Below are positions 52,998-64,000 of a DNA stretch of 64,000 nt, one piece after another (position 1 is the stretch's first letter; every line of letters starts with the position of its first letter). The notes under the pieces are model-generated. The model had not been told where the DNA came from. It searched no databases and worked only from the letters and a program-made list of their open reading frames with translations. The position numbers and the translations under genes are program-made. Origin of the DNA: Parasitella parasitica NRRL 2501 (Eukaryota; Fungi; Mucoromycota); assembly GCA_025201805.1 (NCBI GenBank), contig MU619251.1, forward strand, positions 1 through 64,000, in the 5' to 3' direction.

Positions 52998-54352
52998 ACA
53001 AGAAGCGCAAGACTGATAATTAAATACAAAAAGCTACCGATCCCTTTCCTTTTCGAATTTTTACAAATCATCTTCGAAGCTCATCTTCAAATTTCTCTAT
53101 ATCATCACTATTTTATATTGTATTTTCGATTGTTAATAGCAAACAGTATTGTTACTTTAAATGTCCTATTAAAATGCCTTTGGTTTTTGAAAGCCGTTTA
53201 TAAGAAAAACTGTGTCAAAAGTTGGCAAGCTCAAATAAAAGATGACTTTGTTAACCTTTGTGTTTTATTCCATAAAAACACAATTGGCTTTCAGAAAACA
53301 TGATAGAAATTAATCAGGTAAAGATCTGTTAATAATATTCAAAAATAGAGGGTTCATATACTTTCTACGAACCGAGAGAGGTAATGCGAGGATAAAGGTT
53401 TTTGTGATGAGATCTGGGAGATGGGGTAGATTGTCTCTATCCTAATTGTCATGTCATATTATTTTTGATCTGATGATTTGCTCTTTAGTAGTTTATTTTA
53501 TATTGACAACCGGTTGTAGAATTGAAACATCAACTACGTTGTAATATTGTTTTGATTTTGTTTTTTTCACTTCGGTATTTAGCACAAAGTCTCTTGCATC
53601 TTTAATTTTTTAATTAATCAATATAAATCAAGGTCGTTTAAATCAGTAAAATATAACCAAGCAAAAAGAAAAAAGACTGGTACAAGTATATAAAGCGTTT
53701 GTAGAGGCTCAATCACATTTTTGTACCCATAAAAATACCAAACTTGACAGCTTGGCGAACGCCCAAATCCTACATGATTTCTTGCAAAAAAAGAAGATAT
53801 CTATTATCCAGCCATAATTCTTTACCTTCAGATCCACCAGGAATAGCAAAAGCTCTAACTTCAAGATACAATCTTTGGATCTTCTCGCCTTGACCGCCTC
53901 TGGTGTAAGCTAAACCACCGAAAATTTGAGCAGCTTCATGAGCACAATATTCAAATGTCTGGGTTGACTGAGCCTTACATTAAGCAGTAGGACCGCCCTA
54001 GTTGAAAACGCACCCAAAGTTAGTATATTTTTGTCAGTCAAGCCATATAGCAGCTATTTATGAGCTTTTTACCAAACGAATAGGCTGGATTTCGGCAGGC
54101 TTCTGAATGGTTTGGTAGGCGAGAGATTCTATCCAAGCGTGAGTAGCCTCAACTTGTCTAATCATATTAGCAATTTTGTTACGAATAACTGGGTGATCAA
54201 TCAATTTCTTTTCCAAAAGTTTTTCGTTTGTTGGCATAATATCCACACGAATAATAAGGCATAAGTAAATTGCGCGCTTGCTGTTGCTTGACTAGCTTTT
54301 TTGTTGTGTAAAATTACTTTTTGATCAGTATCATAGTTACTAAATTACAACA

Positions 54353-56124
54353 ATGTCTTCATTAAACGACGCGTTCTGGAACGAAAAAGAAGAAGGTAAG
54401 GGTAGATTAATGCACTTAAATGCCACACTCCTGCTAACATTTAAGAAAGACATAAAAGCTGCAATCCACACGTTAGGATCAGCCGGGCTACCAATCAGCT
54501 TTAATAAAGCTTGCGAACAATTAGCTGAGTGCATCATTGATTCATATGATAATACCACATCATTGTTTATATACAAGACAGCTTGGTGTCGTAAAATTGG
54601 ACAAGTTTTAAATGACTTGAACATTAAATATGTAAGTTTGTTTTCAGTGAAAAGTTTCCAAACCATTCATGTTTTTTTTAGAGCTCGACCAAACCAAATT
54701 GGGAGTATATTGCCATGGCAATTAATGACAAAAGACTTGGTCTTCGTTGCTATGCGCCTCAAGAAAATAGAAACATCAATACCAATAGCAGTGATTCATC
54801 ACGCACAACAACAACAGCAACATCAACAGCAGCATCATCAAGTTCAGAATCTTCCAATACTACAAAGCAATTAAAGCTTTGTTCAGATGACAAAGAGAAG
54901 ATCAAGAACTTGTTTGACAGCTTAGATGAGAGCAAGATGTGGAAGTTGTCAACTGGTACTGTTGTCGAAGAGAAGATGAAGGAGTTCGCTTTGAATTGTA
55001 TTTATGAGCAGTAAGTACTGCGCAATATTTCTATAGATACATACTAATGGGTACTTTTTTTAGCCCAGTGCACTCAATGATACTTGACTTGAGTGATATC
55101 AACTGGAAAAAGTATTTGACTGCTGAAGAGATTAACGAAATTCGAACATTTAAGCAAAAAGAATTAGTTGGATTACCCTCTGAAGTCGAAGATTACATCG
55201 AATCATTAAAAAAATCCACTGATTCTGTTGCATTAAAAACTCAATTGACTGAAGATTTAGACTGTTCTGCTTGTTCATGGATTAAACGTACTCTCTTGGA
55301 ATATTTGAACCTCTTCAAATGCAATTATTTACCCTTGATGGACCAATCAGAAGGAGATGTTCTCCGTAGAGTTTGGTTCTTTTTGGACACTGTATTTGAT
55401 AATTCCAAAATTAGCTGTAGAGGGTTAGAATACATATATATCTAACTTTGGCGACTTATATGCATGTACTAACTGTTTCCTGCTCTATATAATTTAGTGG
55501 CGAAAAGTTGAGTAAGTCGTCTGCTGCAATCAGAAACAATGAAAGAACAATAGCAGGCGAACAAAAGATGGAAAGAATGTTGGTCGGCAGAAAAGTAGAC
55601 TTATTATTTAAACGCCAACATTTGGAATATGGTTGTTCAGAGTGTGGTAGATACGCAGATCAGACAAAGGAGTTGTACGACGGATCATTTAAAATGGTTA
55701 AAGTACTGAAAGATATGTTGTATAATTTACATAATTCTGCACCTACTTCTATACGTGAATTTATTGTTATTGGATTCCTTATGTTTGGTAAGCGATGGTT
55801 TACATAGTCTTTATATTTGTCGATATATTAACTGTCAGTGTTGGTAAATCTTTTATAGAAAACAAGTTTTCTTTAGCATTATGCGATTCGCCCATGGGAT
55901 ACGTAACTAGAATTACTCGTACAAGAGGCTTATTTTTACCTGAAGAATCTGATGACATTTGTATTAAATTGTTACCAATGTTGAAGCTTGCTTATCAAGC
56001 AAGATTAACCATGGAAAGAACAAATGAAATAGTAAGAAAAAGCGCACCAGAAATAGAAGTTGTATCGGAATTTATATCACCATGCTTCAATGCTGGAAAG
56101 AGAAAAAGAAGTAATGAAGATTAA
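54353..56124 (+). CDS. Intact multi-exon putative PD-(D/E)XK restriction-endonuclease-fold protein inside the insertion
   Basis: Introns 54632-54681, 55011-55063, 55424-55497 and 55788-55858 keep the frame; GEK.S..S...N.R...GRKVDLLF....LEYGCSECG..K..KDML. Confidence 0.7.
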
Positions 56125-56704
56125 GCGAGTAGTTAGTTAAAGTTATCATTTTTTTATCGCATGCTATACCCTTTTTTTAATTATTTTAATTAAATTCATA
56201 TGTATTAACCAGTTTCTATTTGTAAAAAAAAGTACATTTTACAATTTATTTAAGGCTCTTCTTTTCATCTAGGTATATTTTTTAAAAAAAGGATCCTCAT
56301 AGATTTACGTGTAAGGTGTTTATTACATTTTAATTGTAGGTAGATGATAAACACACAGCAGACAGAATGATTAAAATTGGTAGCAACAGAATTCAAATAT
56401 CTTTAATCACAAATAATTTAACTAAACAGTAACTTGTTTCTAATTCAAAGCATTTTTTATAAGCTTTATTTAACTATACGGTGCAACGTCTTTCTTAGCT
56501 TCAAAGCAATAAAAGCTTTTACTAACAGGAGTAACCACGTGAAGGTAAAGACAGTTTTACTCCCAAAAGGGTGGTAAAGGGTGGTAAAAGGTAAAGGATA
56601 CGATTAACAAAAAAAAAAAAAGGGCTAATTGTATTACGATACATCCAGGAGGACCTTTCGGAAGCGCCTGGTAGTCTTTTCACGGATTAACAATTAACAA
56701 GAAA

Positions 56705-56859
56705 NNNNNNNNNNNNNNNNNNNNNNNNNNNNNNNNNNNNNNNNNNNNNNNNNNNNNNNNNNNNNNNNNNNNNNNNNNNNNNNNNNNNNNNNNNNNNNNN
56801 NNNNNNNNNNNNNNNNNNNNNNNNNNNNNNNNNNNNNNNNNNNNNNNNNNNNNNNNNNN
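56705..56859. other. Assembly gap
   Basis: Run of Ns. Confidence 1.
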
Positions 56860-59800
56860 GATACATCCAGGAGGACCTTTCGGAAGCGCCTGGTAGTCTT
56901 TTCACGGATTAACAATTAACAAGAGAAAAAAAAGGGGATAGTCTTGATACACGGGCAATAATACTCGTATAAATATTAAATATGCGTACTTTCAAGTACC
57001 GATCAAGAATTTATGACGTAGGCACTAATTTGGCAAGCACTTTGTACGGTATTAATAAACATGCGAGTAACAACATGTTACGCACTTTGATTAACTCTTC
57101 GATGCAAACTCGAGAAAACCTAGTAGCTTGGATCACAATTGCAAGTCTTCCGCTGTTAAAATTATGCATTATATACTTGAGTCCCCTGTTTTCTTTGCCG
57201 ATAAGGTTCTCCTTGGGTACGCACACGTCTAATTTAGCTTTGCTTGAGCACTGCTGTTCGATAAGCTTGTTTAAAACATTACATTCAAATCTAATATAGG
57301 CTGTACCAGAGGGCCAGACGCCACTGCATTTCATTTTTCTAGTAGCTAATGTATTTAAATCGTTAAGCAATTGTTTTATTGCCCAATATAAATTGGCAAA
57401 GTGTACTTACTTACACCAGACATATCACGCTCAATTAGTAGAAATGAGATTCCATTAAAACCTGAACCTTGTTCGCCAGTTCTGACAGCCACAGTCATAT
57501 AATCAGCAAAAGTGCCATTGGTAATCCATTTCTTTTCGCCATTTACAAGGTAATGGTCGCCCATATCTTTGGCTTCAATTAAAAGACCAGCGACATCAGA
57601 GCCCCCTGAAGGCTCGGTAATAGCTAAGCAAATGTTCTTGGTGCCAGCCAAACAATCTTTAACAATCTTGTCTTTAAGATATTTGGATCCAAAATGAAGA
57701 ATGAGAGGAAGGCCGATTCTTAATAAGTTCTAATTAGCAAAATAGGGCTTATTTAAGCATCAATGTATACACCCAAGCCGCCAATAAGACCCCAAGTGAC
57801 CTAAATCAAACATTTAGCAAAGCACGGTTAACTTGAAAAGCCAGAAGTTTACTTGCACCCCCTGAAGCACAACGGGATAGTTCATCAGCCACAACGATAT
57901 GATGGAACGTATCAAACACTTCAGGTGCAATTGCACCTGGCAATGCATAGGGAACATATTGACTCACGACGTGTCCTACGCATGAAGCAAGGATACCTGC
58001 CTTTGCGGCCTTTTCATAAATCTCTCGGGGAAGAGCTTTAGCTTCGTCCCATTCATGAGTAAAAGGCATTATGTCACGTTCAACGAACTCGCGAACTGCT
58101 TGTCTGACGGCGCGATGAGAGTCATTATAGTAAGGGCTATACCAATCTTGGTACCACATGGGATCACCAAACGGTATACAGTCTCCATATAGCTCGCCCA
58201 CCTGAAGAGGATTTTGGTCAACTACTTCATCAGTATCAGTCTCTTCAGCTGTCTCCAAGCCCACTTCACCGATGAGATACTTGGAAGCAATCTTGGTCAA
58301 AACAGATGGACTATGGAATGCATCAAACTGCTTGCTTGTATCCGTACCAGCTGCTTTTAAGAGAACTTTCTTTCCGCCTGGATGGTCATTCAAGAATTTT
58401 GAAATATCATATACCTTGTCGTGGACGATAATCCAGCTAAGTATGTACAGCAGTTTACATACTAGATCAGCATTATAATTTACAAAGAAACGTAGGATTA
58501 AACATACCAATCATCCCCTTGTTTGTGCTTGGTAACTTCTTCAATAGAATATCTCTTTGAAATTTTACTATATTAATACAATCAAATAGGATTAATATAT
58601 ATGTATGCGAATAATAGATAAATCAGGAAAAGAAAGATGTATATCAAGCTTCTTATGATAAAACAATCATCTTATATAATTATATGCCACCTTTATATAT
58701 ATAGATATTTGGTGAGTACTTCACATGTCTATAAATTATGGATCAACGAATTTGAAGGTTACAAAGCATCCCATGATTCTGTATTCTATAATCAAGGCAG
58801 AGTACTCATGTTGGCTAAATTTGTTTTGCTAGTCAGAAGTAGACTTCAGCACGTATAATCCTTGTGCCAGTACCCCACACTGATTGTGTTACGATACTTT
58901 GTATTTGTATCTGATTTTTGTAAAATGATAAAATAGTAAGTTACAAATTAGCGAGTTAGCAATTTAGTTCGCGACCACATCTGCTTTAGACAATAGTAAA
59001 CACTCAGGGTGAGACAGAAAGTACAGTACATTATTGTCATCTTGAAAGAGATTTATATTAGTAACTGCCCCATTGAATAGAATGAATGAAAGTATGATAT
59101 CGATGTTATATGTTTATTATATAATCGAATATACGGCGACAGTTAATTTTAGAATTCTATGGATACAACATACACATTTGAAAACAGTAAAATTTCATTT
59201 ATTTTGGAGATTGGTAACTTTGCAGAGCGAGATGGACCCCGCGTAAACGAAGGTCGGTTTTTACCGTAGCGTAGCGAAGGCTCGTATTTGAATAAAATAG
59301 GTATATATGATGCAATTTTGTGCACCTTACACTTGACAAGCATGTAGTAGTAAATCAAAAATACAGTACACGTCTTCAATAAATAACTGTCATTTCTGGT
59401 TGCGCATAGTGTGGCGGTTGCATGCTTATTGGTTATTGACATTGATACATTAGTATAGTTTACCGAACTGTTATATTAGAGATAAACTTGATACACATCC
59501 AAGATACGATTTGTGCAGCTAATGTCTATTACTGAGTGGATTATATCGTTGCAAATTTATTGTTGTCCAGCAATAAATAAAAATGGTGCTGATTGATAGT
59601 GATAATGTTGTTTTTTTAGTGAAAACTAGAGTGCTGTATGGGATGAATAAGGATTGATAAAAAAAAGTGACAATAGAGCATTGAATCATATTTGTACTGT
59701 TTTGATGAGAGCATTCATTATAATAAGCGTATTGATTTAGTAGATTCAATGCTGGGAGATACAGAATCCAGTATACAGCCAACAACTTGATTGAAAAAAA

Positions 59801-59918
59801 AAAAACAATGTATGCATTATGCATGGTTTCATATACAAGATCTCACCTTGATAATGGTATCTGCGGGGAAATCATAAAATCACTCCACACATTTTGTAAC
59901 AAAAATAGGTTACTTTTA

Positions 59919-61331
59919 TTATTCTACGAGTTTTTCAACAATATAGGGCGTTTCTTTTTCCAAGAAACGAATGGCCCTTGTCTTGATATTAAGTATTGGA
60001 TTATAAAAGCAAAAAAAGTCGGCACCAAGTACAAGATCAACCTTTCCGCCGTATATCATGGGCAAAACTTGGATGTCCATCTCGGATTTCGTACTAGTTG
60101 GATCTGCTGGATGATGAATGGGCAAAGTCAAAACTCCAACTGAATCAACGTAGCCAAAGTCTGTACAGATGCACAAATAATCATTTGGCTTCATTTCGAG
60201 GCCTAATCGAGTAGCACACTCAATGGATATTGCAGAGCTGCCCCAGGACATCTTTGCTAATAGGCCCTTGACTTTTTTACCGTTGATAGGAAGTTCCAAG
60301 AAGGTTAGATTGACACCCAAATGCTTCTCTGGCACATTGGTTAAAAGCGTCCCCATTTGATCCGGTGTGATTGCGCTCATCTTTTCTAGTTGTTTTTTCT
60401 GTTGCTGTAACTGGTTTTGAGCCTTCTTTTCCTTTCGATTTTTCGTGGCTGGCTGTACTGTGGTTGGTATCTGTGCTTTAGTATGTAGTGATGATGAAGA
60501 CGGCGCGGCGGCACCTCTGGCATCTGGTTTTGATGCTTGTGATGATTCAGACGTAGAAGAATGTGAAGTCGAAGATGATACGGCTGATGAAGCCTTTACT
60601 CTGTCCTTTGCTGCCGCTTTAGCGTCGCTTGCATCGTCAGCGGTCTTTTTACTTTCATTTAAAGATTGCTTTTGATCTCCTGGTGGTGGTGCTGATGCTG
60701 GTTCTGGAGCTGATGATGATGCCACCGGGTTTGTCGCTGCAGTTACCGGAAGTGGCAAAGATTCTGTTTTGTTTTCAGTATCTGATTGATCACAAGTGGT
60801 ATCATCCTCAGGTTTCAATAGATGCGAGATTGAGACTGAAGTGTCAAACTTCTGCTCTGAATTGTCTGGGGCGAAATAACCTGAATCTCTGAGTGCCTTT
60901 GAATCAGATGTCTTGAATATAGCATCAGATCTACTCTCGCAGCCCAAAATAGCAGACACTCTTGCACAATGGAGTCGAGCAAATGCTGCTGCCTCTACCC
61001 ACGTTGAACAGGAAAGTTCCACTGGTTCAACCATTCGACGCCAACGCGGATGCAAATTCATGATGAATAATATCACGAGTTCACGATTAGATGGTTGGAA
61101 GTTGAGGCGTAGCACCTTTTTCTGAAATCCTCCAATGTAGTTGTCAAGTTTCTTGGACAGCTCTATTTGCTCGAGCTGAATAGGCGTCCATTCTTGATTA
61201 TTCGGCTCCAATTCGTCCTCGCCTGAGGATGTGGGTTGCTTTTGGCTACGACTGGTAAGGCTTGTCGCGTTGTTCGATGTATTAGGCTTAGAATCAACCT
61301 TCTTTTTAGACTTTCTGACCTTTTGCACCAT
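59919..61331 (-). CDS. 470-aa protein: Gag-capsid-like segment, low-complexity linker, degenerate retropepsin-like domain
   Basis: Uninterrupted ORF; FLELPINGKKVKGLL...SAISIECATRLGL...DLVLGADFF. Confidence 0.7.
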   Translation of the reverse strand: MVQKVRKSKKKVDSKPNTSNNATSLTSRSQKQPTSSGEDELEPNNQEWTPIQLEQIELSKKLDNYIGGFQKKVLRLNFQPSNRELVILFIMNLHPRWRRMVEPVELSCSTWVEAAAFARLHCARVSAILGCESRSDAIFKTSDSKALRDSGYFAPDNSEQKFDTSVSISHLLKPEDDTTCDQSDTENKTESLPLPVTAATNPVASSSAPEPASAPPPGDQKQSLNESKKTADDASDAKAAAKDRVKASSAVSSSTSHSSTSESSQASKPDARGAAAPSSSSLHTKAQIPTTVQPATKNRKEKKAQNQLQQQKKQLEKMSAITPDQMGTLLTNVPEKHLGVNLTFLELPINGKKVKGLLAKMSWGSSAISIECATRLGLEMKPNDYLCICTDFGYVDSVGVLTLPIHHPADPTSTKSEMDIQVLPMIYGGKVDLVLGADFFCFYNPILNIKTRAIRFLEKETPYIVEKLVE

Positions 61332-61475
61332 AATCTACAGCCAATGTTACAGTAAAAGAAAAAGAGCTTCAAACAAGTACCATCAACACATCGGCTATTA
61401 AAACCGCATGGCTGCCGTTTCATCTTTATCATTTTGAGGCGCTCTCCCGTAAGATGCAAATCATCTCTTTCCGTT

Positions 61476-63502
61476 ATGGCTGATAATTTAGAAGAGACAA
61501 GCTTTGATTATATTGTACTTGGAACTGGGTTGATAGAATCTATATTAGCTGGGTAACTAATCTATATCATGTCAGAATAAGAATGTACTGACTATTTTCA
61601 TACAGCTCGCTCGCAAGAATTGGTAGAAAGGTGCTTCATTTAGATAGCCACCAGAATTATGGTGGAAATTGGAGTGTCTTTGGCTTTCGTGAGCTAGTGC
61701 AATGGTATTTGGATAGAAATAAAGGTACATCTCGAGGTCTGGTAATAGAAAAAAAGCCGGGAAATTAACAGTGCCTTTAATGTCTTCGACAGACAATAGA
61801 GAAAAGCCCAAAGGTATTTCTTCAAATAAAAGCAAAAACCTCAATATAGACTCTAATAGTAGACAATACATGTAAGAGGGCGATTTAAGCATTGATTACG
61901 AGCATAACTACGCCTCAAATTTCAAGAATGTCGATTTAAAGATATATAATACCAAGCTTGCCAATGCCGAAATTAACCATAACGAGTCGACCATTAATCA
62001 AGACAAATACAAAGAGCTTATCCCCAAAACTTCATTTCCCCAAGATCAAGAGTTGGTCGATGCATACTTTAGCGACTTGACACCCGAGAATTTGGCTGAA
62101 AAGTTGCCTGAAATTACTGTCTTTGTGAAATTGCTCAATAAATCTCGATCTTACAACCTGGACACAACACCCAAATTACTTGGAGCTCGAGAGGATCTAG
62201 TCGAAACACTGATTCAAAGTGGTGTTGGCCGTTATTTAGAATTCAAAAACGTCGATGGTATCTTTATTTTTGATCAGACTTCAAGAGCATTGGAAAAAGT
62301 ACCTAGTTCTAAAGAGGATGTGTTTACCAACAAATCTGTTACCTTAATTGATAAAAGAAAACTGATGAAATTTCTGACATTTGCAATGGAAACGAATGAG
62401 GAATGCGATGACCCATTATTAGAAAACACGGAGGAAATGACTTACTCTCAATTCTTGCAAGAAAAGTTCAAGATTACTGGAAAGTTACAAGAAGCTATCA
62501 TATATGCCATTGCACTTGTAAATGAGAAAGGTAACAATCTTGAGAATTCAAGTGATTTTCTGCAACTGAAATAGTGTTACCCAGCTTCTGTTAAGGAAGG
62601 CTTACGAAGGACACACCGATTTGTGCTATCGATGGGTAGATTTGGAAAGGGAGCTTATCTTTGTCCTCTTTACGGTGGCGGCAGTGAAATTGCTCAAGCA
62701 TTTTGCAGAGTGTGTGCTGTTTATGGAGGCATTTATATTTTGAACCAGCCTCTAGATAGGTTTGTTGTGGATAAAGAAACAGGCGAATGCGAAGGCATCA
62801 TCACAAAAGAAGGGCAAGAGTACAAGTGTAAGAAACTGATAGCTGGTATTGACTATTTAAATGCATCATTTTTGCCTTCAAAAGATGAACAAACTGGGTA
62901 AGTAAAGATTGCAGGAAGTTAATTACTTGGACTTATCAAATTGCACTAGAACTTGGATATCCAGAGCTATGTTAGTGACAGAATCAGCTGAAGCTAAGCA
63001 ACACATTGCTGAAGCGTTGAGCTATCTTGTATTTCCTCCTGGAAGTGAAGCTGGAAACACTGATGAGCCAATTTATGGCATTCAACAAAATGATGAGAGT
63101 ATGGCATGTCTCAAGGGTCAATGTAAGTGAAGTCATGATCGTAGTAAGAGTATTAGTTAACACTGCTTAGATGTTACGTACCTTTGGACTGCATCAAAGA
63201 ATGACTCTGTGCTCAAGAAGGCAGTCGATTTGCTGATGGAAAAAAAGCCTGCCTCGACCGATGACGAGAACAATACCCAACAATCTGAAAAGCTCATCAC
63301 AGTTTTCTATGATCAGTATGTTCGTAACTCGAAAGCACTACAAGAAAGTTCCGTTAGCAATATTGTGGTCTGTAGTGACCCCGATATCTCTATGGATTTT
63401 AGATCTGCTTTTGAAGAAGCTAAAAACTTATTCTATCAATGTGAGTCTATTGACACTGAGTTTATGCCCGCAGCTGATCAACAAGCTGAGGATGATGACT
63501 AA
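61476..63502 (+). CDS. MRS6: Rab escort protein (REP/Mrs6, GDI family), multi-exon
   Basis: FDYIVLGTGLIESILA, YYGGNW, SGVGRYLEFK, VPSSKEDVF, LCPLYGGGSEIAQAFCR.CAV. Confidence 0.92.
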
Positions 63503-63567
63503 ATAAAATTATAATACTGTTTTATTATGGGGAGATGTTTCTTTTTTTGAATGGTTTAAGATGGTTA

Positions 63568-64000
63568 TTAGTTTACAAGGAAGAACATGTAGACAATTTG
63601 AAGCGCTGCAATAGTGAGCAGGAACCACAAACGTCTTTTACGCTGAGGATTCATAGTTGAAGGTCCAGCTGCAGCATCGGGTAGAATAACATATCTCATA
63701 GAACGAAGCTGCGTACAAATCAGTATCATACAGAAGCGTTAAAGGCTCAACTTACCAAGAAGAAACTGACACATAGGCCAGTGTAGAAAAACACAAGCCA
63801 AGGAATATAGCCACTGCCGCCAATTAATCTTACAATGTCGGTGACGATTATACCAACAAATTTATATCCATAATACGATAACAAATCGAGCATAGACGCT
63901 TCAAAGGGAATGCTCAAAAGATAACAACCTAATCTAGTATAAGCGATTTCCCAAAAGACAACAGCGACCGAGGTAGATACAGCAACATAGAGCAATTCAG
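63568..64000 (-). CDS. YIF1: Yif1 ER-Golgi membrane protein, 3' part
   Basis: LDLLSYYGYKFVGII...FFLLRSMRYVILP...RKRRLWFL. Confidence 0.9.

Larger units (their letters stand above)
53713..58564 (-). pseudogene. Cytochrome-b5-fused acyl-CoA dehydrogenase pseudogene split by a ~2.8-kb insertion
   Basis: HPGG heme motif, CLAITEPSGGSDVA, NGEKKWITNG, AQIFGGLAY, AIPGGSE; start codon reads ATT, nonsense codons near 53770 and 53980, frameshift near 54212. Confidence 0.88.

Noticed and set aside
56638-56924. Identical ~65-bp hairpin-containing sequence on both sides of the N gap
   Set aside because: Most simply an unmerged contig overlap; cannot be told from a real tandem repeat without reads
50890-59270. 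13-bp inverted match TTTTTACCGTAGC at 50890-50902 and 59258-59270
   Set aside because: A match of this length is expected by chance in 64 kb of AT-rich DNA

Overview
Intron-rich, AT-rich eukaryotic DNA. Gene content and short GT-AG introns point to a Mucorales-type fungus (inference). The window holds about 22 host genes: an expansin/DPBB-like secreted protein, a bHLH factor, NMD3 and RLP24 head-to-head, BNA4, a DCR2-like phosphoesterase, a ROM2-like RhoGEF, a thioesterase, TIM8, a REX1-B-like protein, TPA1, HSV2, GTR2, RCC1, DPH3, BAP31, SUI2, a CDC4-like F-box protein, MRS6 and YIF1. Mobile DNA includes pogo and Tc1 relics, a 1-kb foldback element, two truncated LINE copies with target-site duplications (TSDs), a deleted Helitron, and a nuclease-like gene inserted into an acyl-CoA dehydrogenase pseudogene. 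The main candidate for a new system is a 2.65-kb TA-flanked element with terminal inverted repeats (TIRs) at 33882-36528. It has no DDE transposase. It carries an intact five-exon, ~358-aa gene with a serine-recombinase-like IGYARKS domain, an inverted partial copy of that gene, and an 8-copy subterminal repeat array. Also notable are a solitary Gag-like/pseudo-retropepsin gene (59919-61331) and a 4-nt micro-exon in NMD3. All exon structures were inferred by eye and no database searches were run.
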